From an uncultured Bacteroidota bacterium (GTDB lineage Bacteria > Bacteroidota > Ignavibacteria > UBA10030 > UBA6906): 64,000 bases of DNA. The DNA is taken from the NCBI GenBank assembly GCA_963700635.1, contig CAVOYH010000003.1, forward strand, positions 384,001-448,000, read 5' to 3'. The position numbers were made by a program, and so were the translations under genes. Positions 1 through 10,412 of the stretch are shown here, piece by piece (the stretch's first letter is position 1; every line of letters starts with the position of its first letter). The notes below the pieces were generated by a model. The model ran no database searches, was not told the origin of the DNA, and worked only from the letters and a program-made list of their open reading frames with translations.

Positions 1-395
1 GACAGAAGCGAGGCAAACACCTTTGTGAGTGTAAACCGTTCGTCCCTGCTCCAGACCGCATACAGCATGACCAGCAACGGTGCGGTGTACTGAATCAGAA
101 TTGCCGTCGCGACGGTACTCTCACGGATGGTAAAATAGTACGTGAAGTTTGTGCCGGCGACCCCGATCCCCCCGAGCAGGGCAAATTTCCAGAGATCACG
201 CCACCGCACACGCAGGAACTGCGGACGGAACCACCATACATATCCCAGTAGAATCACCAGCGAAAACGTTACACGCGATTGGACCACCAGAACGGGTTCG
301 AGGTTCTGGTTCAGCAGGGCCTTGGCGCCTGTGGCGGAGACTCCCCACAGCACCGCCGCACCGACGATCATGAGAATACCACGGACTTCTTTCAT
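1..395 (-). CDS. EamA/DMT family transporter (runs off window start)
   Basis: Manual minus-strand translation MKEVRGILMIVGAAVLWGVSATGAKALL...GTNFTYYFTIRESTVATAILIQYTAPLLV; hydrophobic helices typical of EamA; ATG at 395 overlaps upstream TGA (ATGA). Confidence 0.85.
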   Translation of the reverse strand, partial: MKEVRGILMIVGAAVLWGVSATGAKALLNQNLEPVLVVQSRVTFSLVILLGYVWWFRPQFLRVRWRDLWKFALLGGIGVAGTNFTYYFTIRESTVATAILIQYTAPLLVMLYAVWSRDERFTLTKVFASLL

Positions 396-952
396 GCAGC
401 GGGCGGATCCGCATCGGTGGCGGTCCCTTCCTGCCCCTCTGCCTTCTGCCGGCACCATTCACTCCGTTCGGCATCCCCCGCAATATCATAAAGCTGTGCA
501 AGGCGCTTGTAGAGCGGGGCCGGATGGGGCACGTGCTCGACTCCCCGCTTTAAAAAGTCTACCAGCACGCCAAGGGGTGGAATATTCAAATCCGGATCAT
601 AACAGTCGCATGCATCAAGGTAGGGATCGGGTTCTGCAGGACGCGCTGACGCGGCCTTCTGATAGTACTCGAGTGCCAGTTCGAAGTTGTCGTTTGATGA
701 AGCCGTGACTTCAAAGACGCTCGCCAGCCACAGATAGACGTCATAGGCGAGGTCATTAAATTCAACGGCCACCTTTTCACCGAACAATCTGATTTCGTCG
801 GGTGTAAGGGACTGATTCCAGAACAACAACCGGTACGGCTCAACGTCTTTCATCTTCTGACGCAGCGCGGCCTGAAAGACATCGAAGATTTCGTTGAAGT
901 CAGTGGACGCAGAGAAGGTCTGGCGTATGTCGTCTAGGGAATACTCGCGCAT
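392..952 (-). CDS. hypothetical TPR-like helical protein
   Basis: 186 aa; ELALEYYQKAA and LYKRLAQLYDIAGD resemble TPR helices; coupled to EamA gene. Confidence 0.7.
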   Translation of the reverse strand: MREYSLDDIRQTFSASTDFNEIFDVFQAALRQKMKDVEPYRLLFWNQSLTPDEIRLFGEKVAVEFNDLAYDVYLWLASVFEVTASSNDNFELALEYYQKAASARPAEPDPYLDACDCYDPDLNIPPLGVLVDFLKRGVEHVPHPAPLYKRLAQLYDIAGDAERSEWCRQKAEGQEGTATDADPPAA

Positions 953-1069
953 GGCAGGAAGGCATCCGTGCGAAAACTAACAAACCCCTCTCTCAAAAGC
1001 AACCAGAACACCCGTGAGCACCCCGGCCACCGCTCATCGGAACAGCCACCCCGGGACGCCCGGGCGGAA

Positions 1070-3511
1070 CTACCGGACGAGCACCATGGATCGTGTTGCA
1101 CTCGTCAGACCGTTTTGCAGGCGGTACCAGTACAGACCACTCGCTAATCGCCGGGCGTCAAAGACCACGACGTGCTCTCCTCGCACCAGCAGGCCATCCA
1201 CAGCAGTCGCTACTTCCCGCCCGAGAATGTCAAAGACCTTCACGGTTACTCTCGTCCTCTCTCCATCATGGCCAGCCGCCTCCCCCAGCGTAAATCTGAT
1301 TCGTGTTTCTCCGTTAAACGGATTCGGATAATTCTGGAAAAGCTGTGTAACCAGGGGAGTTGTGACAGGCTCGACGGCAAGCGGGAGTGCACGATAGAGC
1401 AGAATCCGGATATCGTCAACAAAAATGCCGTCTCTCTGGTCAAAACTATCCGTGTCCAGACGGAACCGTAGAAGAAAATCGGTGCCGAGGAAATGCTGGA
1501 GATCCATCACCTCTTCAACCCAATCGCGTTGTATCCTGTCCAGTCCGGGTACACCCGGCACCTGTTTGCCTCCCGCCGCTCCCGATCCGGGCCGGGTAAA
1601 CTTCCCGCTCAGAGCCTTCCACGTCTGACCCTGATCCGCAGAGCCTTCCACGAGCACAATATCATACGCGGCTTCGATATCCCATCTGCTGCGAAACCGG
1701 AGTTCGGCGGCAGAACCGGCAAGCGGGATGGGTTTCTTAAGTGTAAGCACACTGCTGAGATTGGGTTGGTACTCGCCCTCCGGACTGTCGGTGTACGAAT
1801 AGCTGCCGGAGAATGCCCGTGTCCCGGTGATGTTCCACTCGGCTCCGGCCAGCGTGCTGACGGCAGCCCATGTGCCATCAAGGGTATCCACGCTATCCTC
1901 AAAAGCGATCGAAGGAACACCAAGGCGGAAACTCACAGAGTCGTGCCCGCGGCCCTTCACGGACGAAGTCCGGAGCAGGAGGGTCGCCCATGAGCCGTCG
2001 GGTTTTGTCCGATCACGGCGGAACAGGACAGGAATCGGGGAGACTGACGCCGTGGAGACAAAAACGCTGCTCGGGGAAACCTGTTCGCCGGCTGCACCTT
2101 CAAATTGTACCGTAACCCCGGGCGACGGTTGTGCTACCCCTACGCTCCTCAGTGACAGAGAGATGGATACTGTATCGTTGTCCCTTTTCTGTGTGATGGA
2201 ACCCACCTCGACAGAAAAACTTTCACCCGCAAGCCGAGCCAGACTCAGGTTGGCTTGAAGGTTCTGTTCTGCCAGCGGAGCGATCTGACCCGGGGCGGGC
2301 CAGAATCCATCGCCGATGCTTCCGACTTCCGGAGTCATTGAATAGATGACGGGCTTGACCACCGTGTCGCCGTACATCCAGTCATCTGCACCGCCGTTCG
2401 TCGGGTAACCGATGGTTTCAGCGCCGGTTCCGTACACATAATAGTTGCGCCGGGTCAGAAGATCCCCAAGCTGGAGGAACAGGGCCGAATCCGGAGTGTG
2501 TGTATTGTTATACCCCCAGGGATGGATCAGCACATTGGCATACGAGTGGTAGTTTAAGGCTGCGGAAAAGCCCTTCCGCATGCAAAATTCCCTGATCGCC
2601 GCCGTCTCCGGCTCGGAAAAGGGCCCGGTACCGCGGTAGGTATCAAATGAAGGTGTAACACTGGAACCGACATTGTCCCGCCCCCATTGAACACCATAGT
2701 TGCGGTTGAGATCCACCCCGTAGGATCCATCGACATTCCGTCGCCGGTTCTTCCGCCACATACCACCGCCGTCAGGATTGGTTGACTGGTTGTAGAGATA
2801 CCCATCGGGGTTCAGGGCAGGCACAAAAAACAACTCTCGGTGGTCAAGAATTTCCGTGACCGCTTCATCCGAACCGTAGTGTTCAAGCAGATACCACATG
2901 GTCAACAGGAGGGTCATCATGCCCTGCGGCTCGCGCGCATGGTGGAGTGCGGTATACAGCACGCGAGGCTCCGGTTCATCGATTGAGGGGTTGCGCGAGA
3001 TCTTCACAGCCCAGATCGGGCGATTCTCCACACTGAACCCGATCGTGTCGCGTCCGGATATCAAAAGGGGAAATGCCGCCTGCATGGAAGCCACTTCGAT
3101 CTCGAGTTCCGCGAGGGTCAGGAACCCCCCCATGGATCCAAGGCGAAACCGTTGTACGAGTGAGGAGGGATGAGAAGGCAGCCGGAGTGTATGATGCCGC
3201 GCTCTGTCAGCGTATGTCCGCGCGACGTCATCATCGAGAACAGAAGGTGAGAAACCCAGATCCCGCAGGCGGATGATTTCGGCAGGGGAGAGTATCAATT
3301 CTATATCGCCTGCCCCGCGGCGCACTCCATGTTCAACCGGCATTCCCGCTGCAGCGAGCCGGATCAAATCCCCCGGGCCCAGAGGAACGGACAGGCGCGT
3401 GTACCGTGGCACTTCACCGGAGGTCCCCGTACTGCCGGGGAACACGAGAAGGACAACCACACCCGCGAAACAGATCGCGCGGAAAATCTTCCAGTGTCGT
3501 GTTGATCCCAC
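1070..3511 (-). CDS. M14 zinc carboxypeptidase (carboxypeptidase T-like) with beta-sandwich domain and T9SS CTD
   Basis: HHAREP (HxxE), RKNRR, GVDLNRNY, NYHSY, TPEVG; C-terminal LFQNYPNPFN...SGLYWYRL; signal peptide. Confidence 0.9.
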   Translation of the reverse strand: MGSTRHWKIFRAICFAGVVVLLVFPGSTGTSGEVPRYTRLSVPLGPGDLIRLAAAGMPVEHGVRRGAGDIELILSPAEIIRLRDLGFSPSVLDDDVARTYADRARHHTLRLPSHPSSLVQRFRLGSMGGFLTLAELEIEVASMQAAFPLLISGRDTIGFSVENRPIWAVKISRNPSIDEPEPRVLYTALHHAREPQGMMTLLLTMWYLLEHYGSDEAVTEILDHRELFFVPALNPDGYLYNQSTNPDGGGMWRKNRRRNVDGSYGVDLNRNYGVQWGRDNVGSSVTPSFDTYRGTGPFSEPETAAIREFCMRKGFSAALNYHSYANVLIHPWGYNNTHTPDSALFLQLGDLLTRRNYYVYGTGAETIGYPTNGGADDWMYGDTVVKPVIYSMTPEVGSIGDGFWPAPGQIAPLAEQNLQANLSLARLAGESFSVEVGSITQKRDNDTVSISLSLRSVGVAQPSPGVTVQFEGAAGEQVSPSSVFVSTASVSPIPVLFRRDRTKPDGSWATLLLRTSSVKGRGHDSVSFRLGVPSIAFEDSVDTLDGTWAAVSTLAGAEWNITGTRAFSGSYSYTDSPEGEYQPNLSSVLTLKKPIPLAGSAAELRFRSRWDIEAAYDIVLVEGSADQGQTWKALSGKFTRPGSGAAGGKQVPGVPGLDRIQRDWVEEVMDLQHFLGTDFLLRFRLDTDSFDQRDGIFVDDIRILLYRALPLAVEPVTTPLVTQLFQNYPNPFNGETRIRFTLGEAAGHDGERTRVTVKVFDILGREVATAVDGLLVRGEHVVVFDARRLASGLYWYRLQNGLTSATRSMVLVR

Positions 3512-3516
3512 GGGCT

Positions 3517-6500
3517 CTACCTCATCAGCAACATTGTTCTGGCCTCCTGATACTGCCCTACGCGCATAACATACAGATACATACCACTTGCCAGCGTCGA
3601 CGCATCAAACGATACCCTGTACTCGCCCGCCGTGAGGGGTGCGTCAACGAGCGTTGCTACCTCCCTGCCCAGAAGATCAAACACCTTGAGGATGACGCGT
3701 GGCGGGGTGGCTCCCGAACCCTGCACCCTCAGGCCAACGGTGGTCGTACTGTTAAACGGGTTCGGGTAGTTCTGCAGAAGCACGGTCGATGAAGGCAATT
3801 CCGAGGATACCCGGTCGAGGTGGGCACGGATTGAATCCGAACCACCAAACTGATAATACCGGGCGGCAAATTCCTGCACGTAGTGCATGGCAAGACCGGC
3901 GTCCTCGATGATCAGGGTGTTTTCGTTGTTTGTGTTTTCCGCTGCGTTTGACCAGTTATGCGATCCCGTTATGACCATGGGCTGCGAGGCGGGAAAACCG
4001 GCGTCTATCACCGCGTACTTGTGGTGCAGGAGTCCGGAACCGGTCTTGAGCCGGATGTCGACACCCTGGGAAACGAGGTAATCATACCGTGAGCCCGAAT
4101 CGTCTCTGTTGTCCATCACGCCGTGTAAGGAAAAGCCGGGCGCCTGTCGTTGGAGGATTGCACCGGCAATGTCGCTCCGCGTGAAGGTGAGGAGTGCAAA
4201 GTGGAATGAGTGGTTTGCTGTGGCAATCGCGTCTATGATCCGGGCTGTTGCATGGTCGCTCGGACTGAAGTAGCACGCGACGGGACGCCCGCCGATCACA
4301 AAATGATGGGGGGTATTGTCGGTTTTCCGTGCGCCAAAACGTGAAGCCGCGGCATCGGGCACTTCGGTGGCGCTTCCCCACATTTCATTAAACTCCACCG
4401 TGTATGCGCCCGCAAGTGCAGGGTCTTGAATCTCTATGGCGTTCTGATAATCATCGTTTGTTCCCGGCAGAGACGGATTCCAGGATCCGGTCCACACCCA
4501 CACGCTCTCCGGCACTCCGCCGTATGCATCGACCACCACGAACTTGTTGTGCATGAGACCGGCACCGGCATTAACCGGATCAAAGGTGTCGGTAATAAGC
4601 GGCACACCTGCTGCAACAAGGCTGTTAAAGGGCGCATTGCCGCGGTTATCCTGTTCGCTTATCACCCGTACCTTCACACCGCGCTGCCGCGCAGCAATCA
4701 GGGCTTGCGCAATATCTGTTCCGGGACCGGGCGTTCCGGAGAGATTATAAAAAGCGGCATCCACAGAGTAACGCGCAGCGGCAATTCTCCCGGTGAGCAG
4801 GGCGACAAAATTCTGATTTCCGGAAGCCGGATCACCCGGTGCGAGAGCGCTAAAAACACTTTTGTTAAAATACACGCGGATGACACCCGTTGCACGTTCC
4901 GGAGAGGTTGTGCTCACCACGATGGTGCCCGCCGTGCTCGTGTCACCGCCGGCCACTGAGAATACCTGGACGTGATAGATGCTCGCCGCGTCCAACCCTG
5001 TCACCGGAAGACTGTGCTGAATGCTCACTGCCGTGTCTGTGCCCAGAATCCCCAGCTCAAAAGAAGCGGTTTTACCGTACCGGAGACGGGATGTCCCCGG
5101 TAGCCCGGTTGTCCAGCGGATTCGGAACGAGGAGGAAGTCAGGTCTGTCTCCAGCGGCACCGACGTGATCCCCGGCCCCGTCACCATCAGATCGGTGATG
5201 CTCCGGGGCATAAGCTGGTACCCTCCTATGTACGGCGGGCTGCTGACGAACTGTCCCACAACACCGATGATATCACTCGGGGAAGTCGGAATCGGTGTCC
5301 CTACAAGATTGGTATTGTTGTCAATACGGACCTGCGTGGAATCGGTAGCATCCACAAGCACGTAGTTTGTGCCTGACGCCCACGCCCCGGTGCCGCCGAA
5401 GCGGACGTTGTTTACCCGGACCAGAAGTCCTTCATACAATTCAACACCACCCGCCCCGTCGCGGCGGATATCTGCCGCCGTCACGATCAGGGGCTCAACA
5501 ATATTCCCGCTGCCCGTAGTACGGTGAAGACGTGGATTGACGATTTCCGTCAACCCGGAAAACGGTTGCACAAGTCCCGAGACCAGCACCTCATCGCCGG
5601 TGGCGACAGCCGTGGAGAACGAGGATCCGTACACCGCCATGCCGCCGGTATTGTCCTGGATGTACGATGGCCCTCCAAATTCGTTCGCGACCGTCACAAT
5701 TCCACGGACGGTCACCAGCGTATTGTTCCGCAGCGGAACGCCGTTGAGGTCGTTTTCCTTGACCACTGAAATGGGAAGCGGTATACTGTACACGAAGATC
5801 GAAGGCTGCGTGGTGATGGCAAACACGGAATCGGAATGTGTTCCCGTGCTTGAAGAGAATGGAAAGAGCAGCGTGGTGTCGGCCGGAACGACGTTTTTCA
5901 GCGTGAGGAGCATACTGTCTGCTCCGCTCAGGGTCATCCCCGAGACCACAATGGTGTCCCCCGCGACAGTTACAGCCGGAGTCCCGCCTCCCTGCTGCAG
6001 AACGTCGGCTGGCAGGTGTGACCAGACCCACGTGGGAGGGACGCGGATGCGCACGGTCGAGATGATGTACGGTGTTTCCCCGTACACAGCAACATCCACG
6101 TCGTGTGCAATGCCGCCTGACAGGGTGGTGGGTGAAAGGAAAATGGATCCCCTCCCGGCACTCCCTCCCCCTACAGTGGCATCGGTTTCCTGTCCGGCAG
6201 TGACTGACCAGGGTCCTCTAAAAGTCTGATCGTGGCTTCCGTTATCGTTTTGAGAGACAAGCGAATCGATCGTGCCGGCCGGGACAGCGATCTTGAACCC
6301 ACCGGGTGCGTATGTGAATCCTTCTGCGATCCCGTTCTCCTCTGTCCGGTAACTGCCCACGATGACCCCGCCTGCATATGCGAGGAGTACTTTGTTCACT
6401 GCGGGGGATGAGGGACGCATGATCCATCCTCCGTTTCCCGAACCCTGCATTTCCAGGACCGAGAATGTTCTGGCATCAGAGGTAAGCCGGATGTTGGTAT

Positions 6501-6915
6501 CGCTGGTTTTTGCGGCGCGCACCGCGGCAGTGGTGCCGAGAGCGGTATTGTGTTTTGCGTAGATCCACCCCGACCAGTTGCCGGATGCATCAAGGGTCAC
6601 GACCGGCTGGTTTGAAGCGGAGTACGCAGTTCCATTGCTCCAGGCACTCCCCGTCCACATATACTCAATGGTTATCGAAGAATAGACTTTGACATACGCC
6701 TGCGCATTCGCTGCAGAAGACCATCCCTGGATCCGGACGAAGACAGCGTATGGCGTTCCGACGGATCCTGTCCCGCCGCCGCCGGCAACCGAACCGGGGA
6801 AGACGGCTGCAGTAATAGACTGAGCGGCTGCTGGCCCAATATTGGCAACGGATAGTAGCATCACAACGAAGATGAGTAATCGGATGTATCGTATATTATT
6901 GCGTCTAATCGTCAT
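3517..6915 (-). CDS. secreted phospholipase D/Nuc-like protein with OB-fold pair, FN3-like domain and T9SS CTD
   Basis: Two HxKxxxxD motifs (HNKFVVVD...GSWN; HHKYAVID...GSHN); OB-like VTVRGIVT...YIQDNTGG...GDEVLVSG and ELYEGLLVRVNNV; LLQNYPNPFN CTD. Confidence 0.85.
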   Translation of the reverse strand: MTIRRNNIRYIRLLIFVVMLLSVANIGPAAAQSITAAVFPGSVAGGGGTGSVGTPYAVFVRIQGWSSAANAQAYVKVYSSITIEYMWTGSAWSNGTAYSASNQPVVTLDASGNWSGWIYAKHNTALGTTAAVRAAKTSDTNIRLTSDARTFSVLEMQGSGNGGWIMRPSSPAVNKVLLAYAGGVIVGSYRTEENGIAEGFTYAPGGFKIAVPAGTIDSLVSQNDNGSHDQTFRGPWSVTAGQETDATVGGGSAGRGSIFLSPTTLSGGIAHDVDVAVYGETPYIISTVRIRVPPTWVWSHLPADVLQQGGGTPAVTVAGDTIVVSGMTLSGADSMLLTLKNVVPADTTLLFPFSSSTGTHSDSVFAITTQPSIFVYSIPLPISVVKENDLNGVPLRNNTLVTVRGIVTVANEFGGPSYIQDNTGGMAVYGSSFSTAVATGDEVLVSGLVQPFSGLTEIVNPRLHRTTGSGNIVEPLIVTAADIRRDGAGGVELYEGLLVRVNNVRFGGTGAWASGTNYVLVDATDSTQVRIDNNTNLVGTPIPTSPSDIIGVVGQFVSSPPYIGGYQLMPRSITDLMVTGPGITSVPLETDLTSSSFRIRWTTGLPGTSRLRYGKTASFELGILGTDTAVSIQHSLPVTGLDAASIYHVQVFSVAGGDTSTAGTIVVSTTSPERATGVIRVYFNKSVFSALAPGDPASGNQNFVALLTGRIAAARYSVDAAFYNLSGTPGPGTDIAQALIAARQRGVKVRVISEQDNRGNAPFNSLVAAGVPLITDTFDPVNAGAGLMHNKFVVVDAYGGVPESVWVWTGSWNPSLPGTNDDYQNAIEIQDPALAGAYTVEFNEMWGSATEVPDAAASRFGARKTDNTPHHFVIGGRPVACYFSPSDHATARIIDAIATANHSFHFALLTFTRSDIAGAILQRQAPGFSLHGVMDNRDDSGSRYDYLVSQGVDIRLKTGSGLLHHKYAVIDAGFPASQPMVITGSHNWSNAAENTNNENTLIIEDAGLAMHYVQEFAARYYQFGGSDSIRAHLDRVSSELPSSTVLLQNYPNPFNSTTTVGLRVQGSGATPPRVILKVFDLLGREVATLVDAPLTAGEYRVSFDASTLASGMYLYVMRVGQYQEARTMLLMR

Positions 6916-6982
6916 ATTTCTTCCAAAAAACTCGTTATGGAACGGGTGCTTTTTCGAGCTTGCTGTGACTCACTGTGATCTC

Positions 6983-7011
6983 AAGATACCCATACACCTT
7001 CCCAGGTGCAA
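6983..7011 (-). promoter_or_regulatory. sigma70-like promoter for the PLD/M14 operon
   Basis: Minus strand TTGCAC-17 bp-TATCTT. Confidence 0.55.
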
Positions 7012-7237
7012 GAATCAGTAATGATTTCATAACTTGTTTTTGAAGATTTTCTTGTAGACATTTGTGGCACCTCTCACGGTCACCCCGTTCCAATTCAGAT
7101 TCCGCCACGCTACCAGATGTCTTGGTGGCCCAGACATTCGGCGCCGTACGTTGAGGATAGAGTTCTGCGTTTGCTGAAACAGCGTTCCACCGTTCATCCC
7201 ACAACACAATTCAACACACATCACCAGGAGGTAATGT

Positions 7238-10147
7238 ATGGTCAGGACTCTTACTGCGTTCTTTGTCCTGCTCCTCATGCAATCGATCGCCTTTTCCCAG
7301 GGAGAAATCCGGGGACGGTTGATCGATTCAGAAGGAAAGGGTCCGCTTGTCGGTGCCACCGTCACGCTTGTCGGCACGAAGATGGGCGCTGTCTCGGACC
7401 TGGATGGCAAGTATGCCATCGCAAATGTTCCGGCCGGACAGTACACGGTGCGCTTTGCGTATGTCGGGTACATCTCAGCGCAACGCCGCGCAACTGTGGC
7501 GAACAGTCCCGTGACGCTCGATGTCGCACTCGATCCCACAATGATCCAGTCCAGCGAGGTTATTATCGAGGTTAACCGCGCGCGGGATCGCGAGACTCCC
7601 GTTGCATTCAGCAACATCGAGAAGATGGACATTGAACAGAGGATTCACGGACAGGATGCACCCCTGCTCGTCCAGGGCACTCCGGGTGTGTACACCTATT
7701 CCACCGATGGTGTTGGAAACGGCGAAGCCAAAGTGTTCGTGCGCGGGTTCAATCAGAACTACGTGCAGGTGCTCGTCAACGGTGTGCCGACCAACGATCC
7801 GGAATCCAATTCCGTGTACTGGTCGAACTGGGGTTCGGTCTCTTCATCAGCCGCATCCATTCAGATTCAGCGTGGCGCAGGATCATCCCTGTATGGCGCG
7901 GGTTCATTCGGCGGCTCCTTCAACATCGTCACCGCTGATGCACCCGCACAATCACGGTATGCCCTAAACCTGGCAATGGGTGATCCCTTCAACTCGATGT
8001 TCGGTATCGAAGCAAATACCGGTCTCATCAACAACAAGTTCGCCGCGACGGTTCGTCTTGACCGCAAAGTCGCGGAGGGAAGCCGCGTGAGCGGACGGTA
8101 CGAGGGCACAAACTACTACACATCCCTCGCATGGTACATCAATCCGCAACAGAGCCTGAAGTTTGTCCTCCACGGCGCACCGCAGGAACACGGCTATTCC
8201 TGGAGCAACGATGTCAGTTATTTCAAAAAATTCGGCTACAAGGCAAATCCGGCCCCGTTCTTACCACGGTCTGTGGTGGATGCAATGCCGGCGAATGCAA
8301 AGACCGGTCTGCCCAACTACGGCCTGCTAGACGACAGCCGCGAGCTTGTGGATGGGCGATTTGTAAACCTCGCGCACAATTTCTTCCACAAGGCGCAGGC
8401 AGAGCTGCACTACCGGTATGATATCAGCCCGATTTCATCGGTTCAGGCGACCGCCTTCTATTCGAAAGGCCGCGGGGGCGGGTCCAGCATGAACAGCACC
8501 GGCACCACTTACCGCCGGAATTCTGACGGGACCATCACCAATCTTCTCGGACCGGGAGGATACATCATTGACCCGGCCGTGGCACGGAATATCTACCTTG
8601 TAAACGCCTTCCAGCGTATCAGTTATTCATTACACCAGCAAGGCGGCATCCTGGCCAGCTTCACCACGAAGCCCGTTGACTTTTTGACCGTCACCGCCGG
8701 CGGTGAGTATCGCTCATGGACGGCCGACCATCCCGGTCATTTTGTCAACCTGTACGGCAAGACCTCGGTTAACGCAAGTTATGCCCGCCGCGACTCGTTG
8801 GGCAAAATCATGACCAGCACATTCTCCCGCCGTGTGTACCAGGGCGACCTGAACGGACCGGAAAGTGATCTCGGAAGCATCTTTGGCTGGAATATGGCAG
8901 AAGGAAACGACGCGGCATATTCATCGCAGTACAGGAATTACAAAGGCGAAACCCCACAGTACACGATCTTCCTGCAGGGTAATGCTCAGTTCGGAAAAGT
9001 CAACTTTATGGGGTCGATTCAGTACGTGTGGTATAAATACGTCCTGAGTGAAAACATGCCCAGCGAGAATGCCATCGGACGTATGTTGAGCCGCGCAGAA
9101 GAAACATCACGCGGCACGCTGGCCGAAGGCCCGGTTGGAAACGGCAAATTCCTCATGAAAGATAATGCCGCGACCGCTCCCCGCTGGTACGAGTTCGACC
9201 TTGTGAACGAGGCTCGCTCCCGCGGATTTGTGCAACCCAAAGGAGGCGTGAACGTTAACCTCACCGACAACCTGAACGTGTTCGGCAACTATGCTCATGC
9301 CGAGCGGTTCGTGGACCTCGGCGTGTACTACAACCAGGGCCGCGTTGATCCTCTGGTAGAGGATGAAAAATCAGATCAGCTCGAAGCCGGACTTGGCTGG
9401 ACCTCGTCATGGATGCGTGCAAAGGTGAATGCCTACTGGATGACATGGGCAAACAAATCCACCCGCATTACCGACCTTTCCAAAGCAGGTGAGCCGGGAT
9501 ATGACCGGAACGGCAACCGCTCCGAGCTCGTCGGCAAATCCATACACCAGGGAATTGAAGCAGAAGCACTGGTCAGTCTGGATGAATACATGCCGGTCAA
9601 GGGTTTTGAGCTCACCGGAAGCTTTACCCTGATGGACAACCGGTGGAAGGATATCCTGGATAAGGTGCTCAAGGATCCGGTCACCGGAGCACGGCGCGCG
9701 TTTAACACCAGCGCTCTGAACGAAAAGGGTAAGGTGGACACGCTGTTCTTCGACGAACTGAAAGACACGCCTGTTGCCAGCGGACCCCAGACGATGCTCT
9801 CCATCGGCCTGAACTACCGCTCGCAATCCTTCTTCATGGGTCTTAATGTCAACTACTTTGCGCGACTCGTCGCTCTTGACGGAGGGTCGTACATGGCGGT
9901 GGACGGCGGATGGGCATTCGTGAACAGCAAACGCGTCTTTGATCCCAAGTTCGATTCCAAGCTCCCATCCTACACGGTGGTCAATCTTAATTTCGGGACA
10001 CACTTCGACCTGCTCGGCCTCAAATCATCTGCGTCGGTGCAGGTCCTGAACGCGCTGGACAGCGAATTCTTTGCAGATGCCGACCGGAGTGGTGTTATTC
10101 CGGGCATTGGCAGGGCATTCCGGCTTAGCCTGTCCACAGGATTCTGA
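7238..10147 (+). CDS. TonB-dependent receptor
   Basis: Signal peptide, N-terminal carboxypeptidase-regulatory-like domain, plug (VRGFNQ...NGVP...GAGSSLYGAGSFGGSFNIVT), C-terminal Phe; RBS AGGAGG. Confidence 0.92.
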   Translation: MVRTLTAFFVLLLMQSIAFSQGEIRGRLIDSEGKGPLVGATVTLVGTKMGAVSDLDGKYAIANVPAGQYTVRFAYVGYISAQRRATVANSPVTLDVALDPTMIQSSEVIIEVNRARDRETPVAFSNIEKMDIEQRIHGQDAPLLVQGTPGVYTYSTDGVGNGEAKVFVRGFNQNYVQVLVNGVPTNDPESNSVYWSNWGSVSSSAASIQIQRGAGSSLYGAGSFGGSFNIVTADAPAQSRYALNLAMGDPFNSMFGIEANTGLINNKFAATVRLDRKVAEGSRVSGRYEGTNYYTSLAWYINPQQSLKFVLHGAPQEHGYSWSNDVSYFKKFGYKANPAPFLPRSVVDAMPANAKTGLPNYGLLDDSRELVDGRFVNLAHNFFHKAQAELHYRYDISPISSVQATAFYSKGRGGGSSMNSTGTTYRRNSDGTITNLLGPGGYIIDPAVARNIYLVNAFQRISYSLHQQGGILASFTTKPVDFLTVTAGGEYRSWTADHPGHFVNLYGKTSVNASYARRDSLGKIMTSTFSRRVYQGDLNGPESDLGSIFGWNMAEGNDAAYSSQYRNYKGETPQYTIFLQGNAQFGKVNFMGSIQYVWYKYVLSENMPSENAIGRMLSRAEETSRGTLAEGPVGNGKFLMKDNAATAPRWYEFDLVNEARSRGFVQPKGGVNVNLTDNLNVFGNYAHAERFVDLGVYYNQGRVDPLVEDEKSDQLEAGLGWTSSWMRAKVNAYWMTWANKSTRITDLSKAGEPGYDRNGNRSELVGKSIHQGIEAEALVSLDEYMPVKGFELTGSFTLMDNRWKDILDKVLKDPVTGARRAFNTSALNEKGKVDTLFFDELKDTPVASGPQTMLSIGLNYRSQSFFMGLNVNYFARLVALDGGSYMAVDGGWAFVNSKRVFDPKFDSKLPSYTVVNLNFGTHFDLLGLKSSASVQVLNALDSEFFADADRSGVIPGIGRAFRLSLSTGF

Positions 10148-10259
10148 CCGTGTGCTTTTCGGACTCCCCCGGTACGCCGGAGTAGTCCACGCTCCGTTGC
10201 CCTTCTGAGGGCGCGCAGGACACAGTCAGTTGTAGATCATCTGTGGTATGGAGAAGTAC

Positions 10260-10301
10260 AGAAGGCGGCGGACACAGAAATGTGTCCGCCGCCTTCTCTT
10301 T
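10260..10301 (+). terminator. intrinsic terminator-like hairpin after the TBDR
   Basis: Perfect 17-bp stem AGAAGGCGGCGGACACA-GAAA-TGTGTCCGCCGCCTTCT followed by CTTT. Confidence 0.8.
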
Positions 10302-10412
10302 GGACGGGCGAATTGCTTTTTCAGGGATTATTGACGAAATTTCTGTAGTGTTTTGTTTTTTCCACGCCATTCACCCCGATCATTCCGAGCTCACATTCGC
10401 AGAGAGGTTTTT

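Noticed and set aside
142-708. 188-aa plus-strand ORF
   Set aside because: Overlaps two better-supported minus-strand genes
7030-7237. Cobalamin or TPP riboswitch before the TBDR
   Set aside because: No B12 box or TPP core motif found
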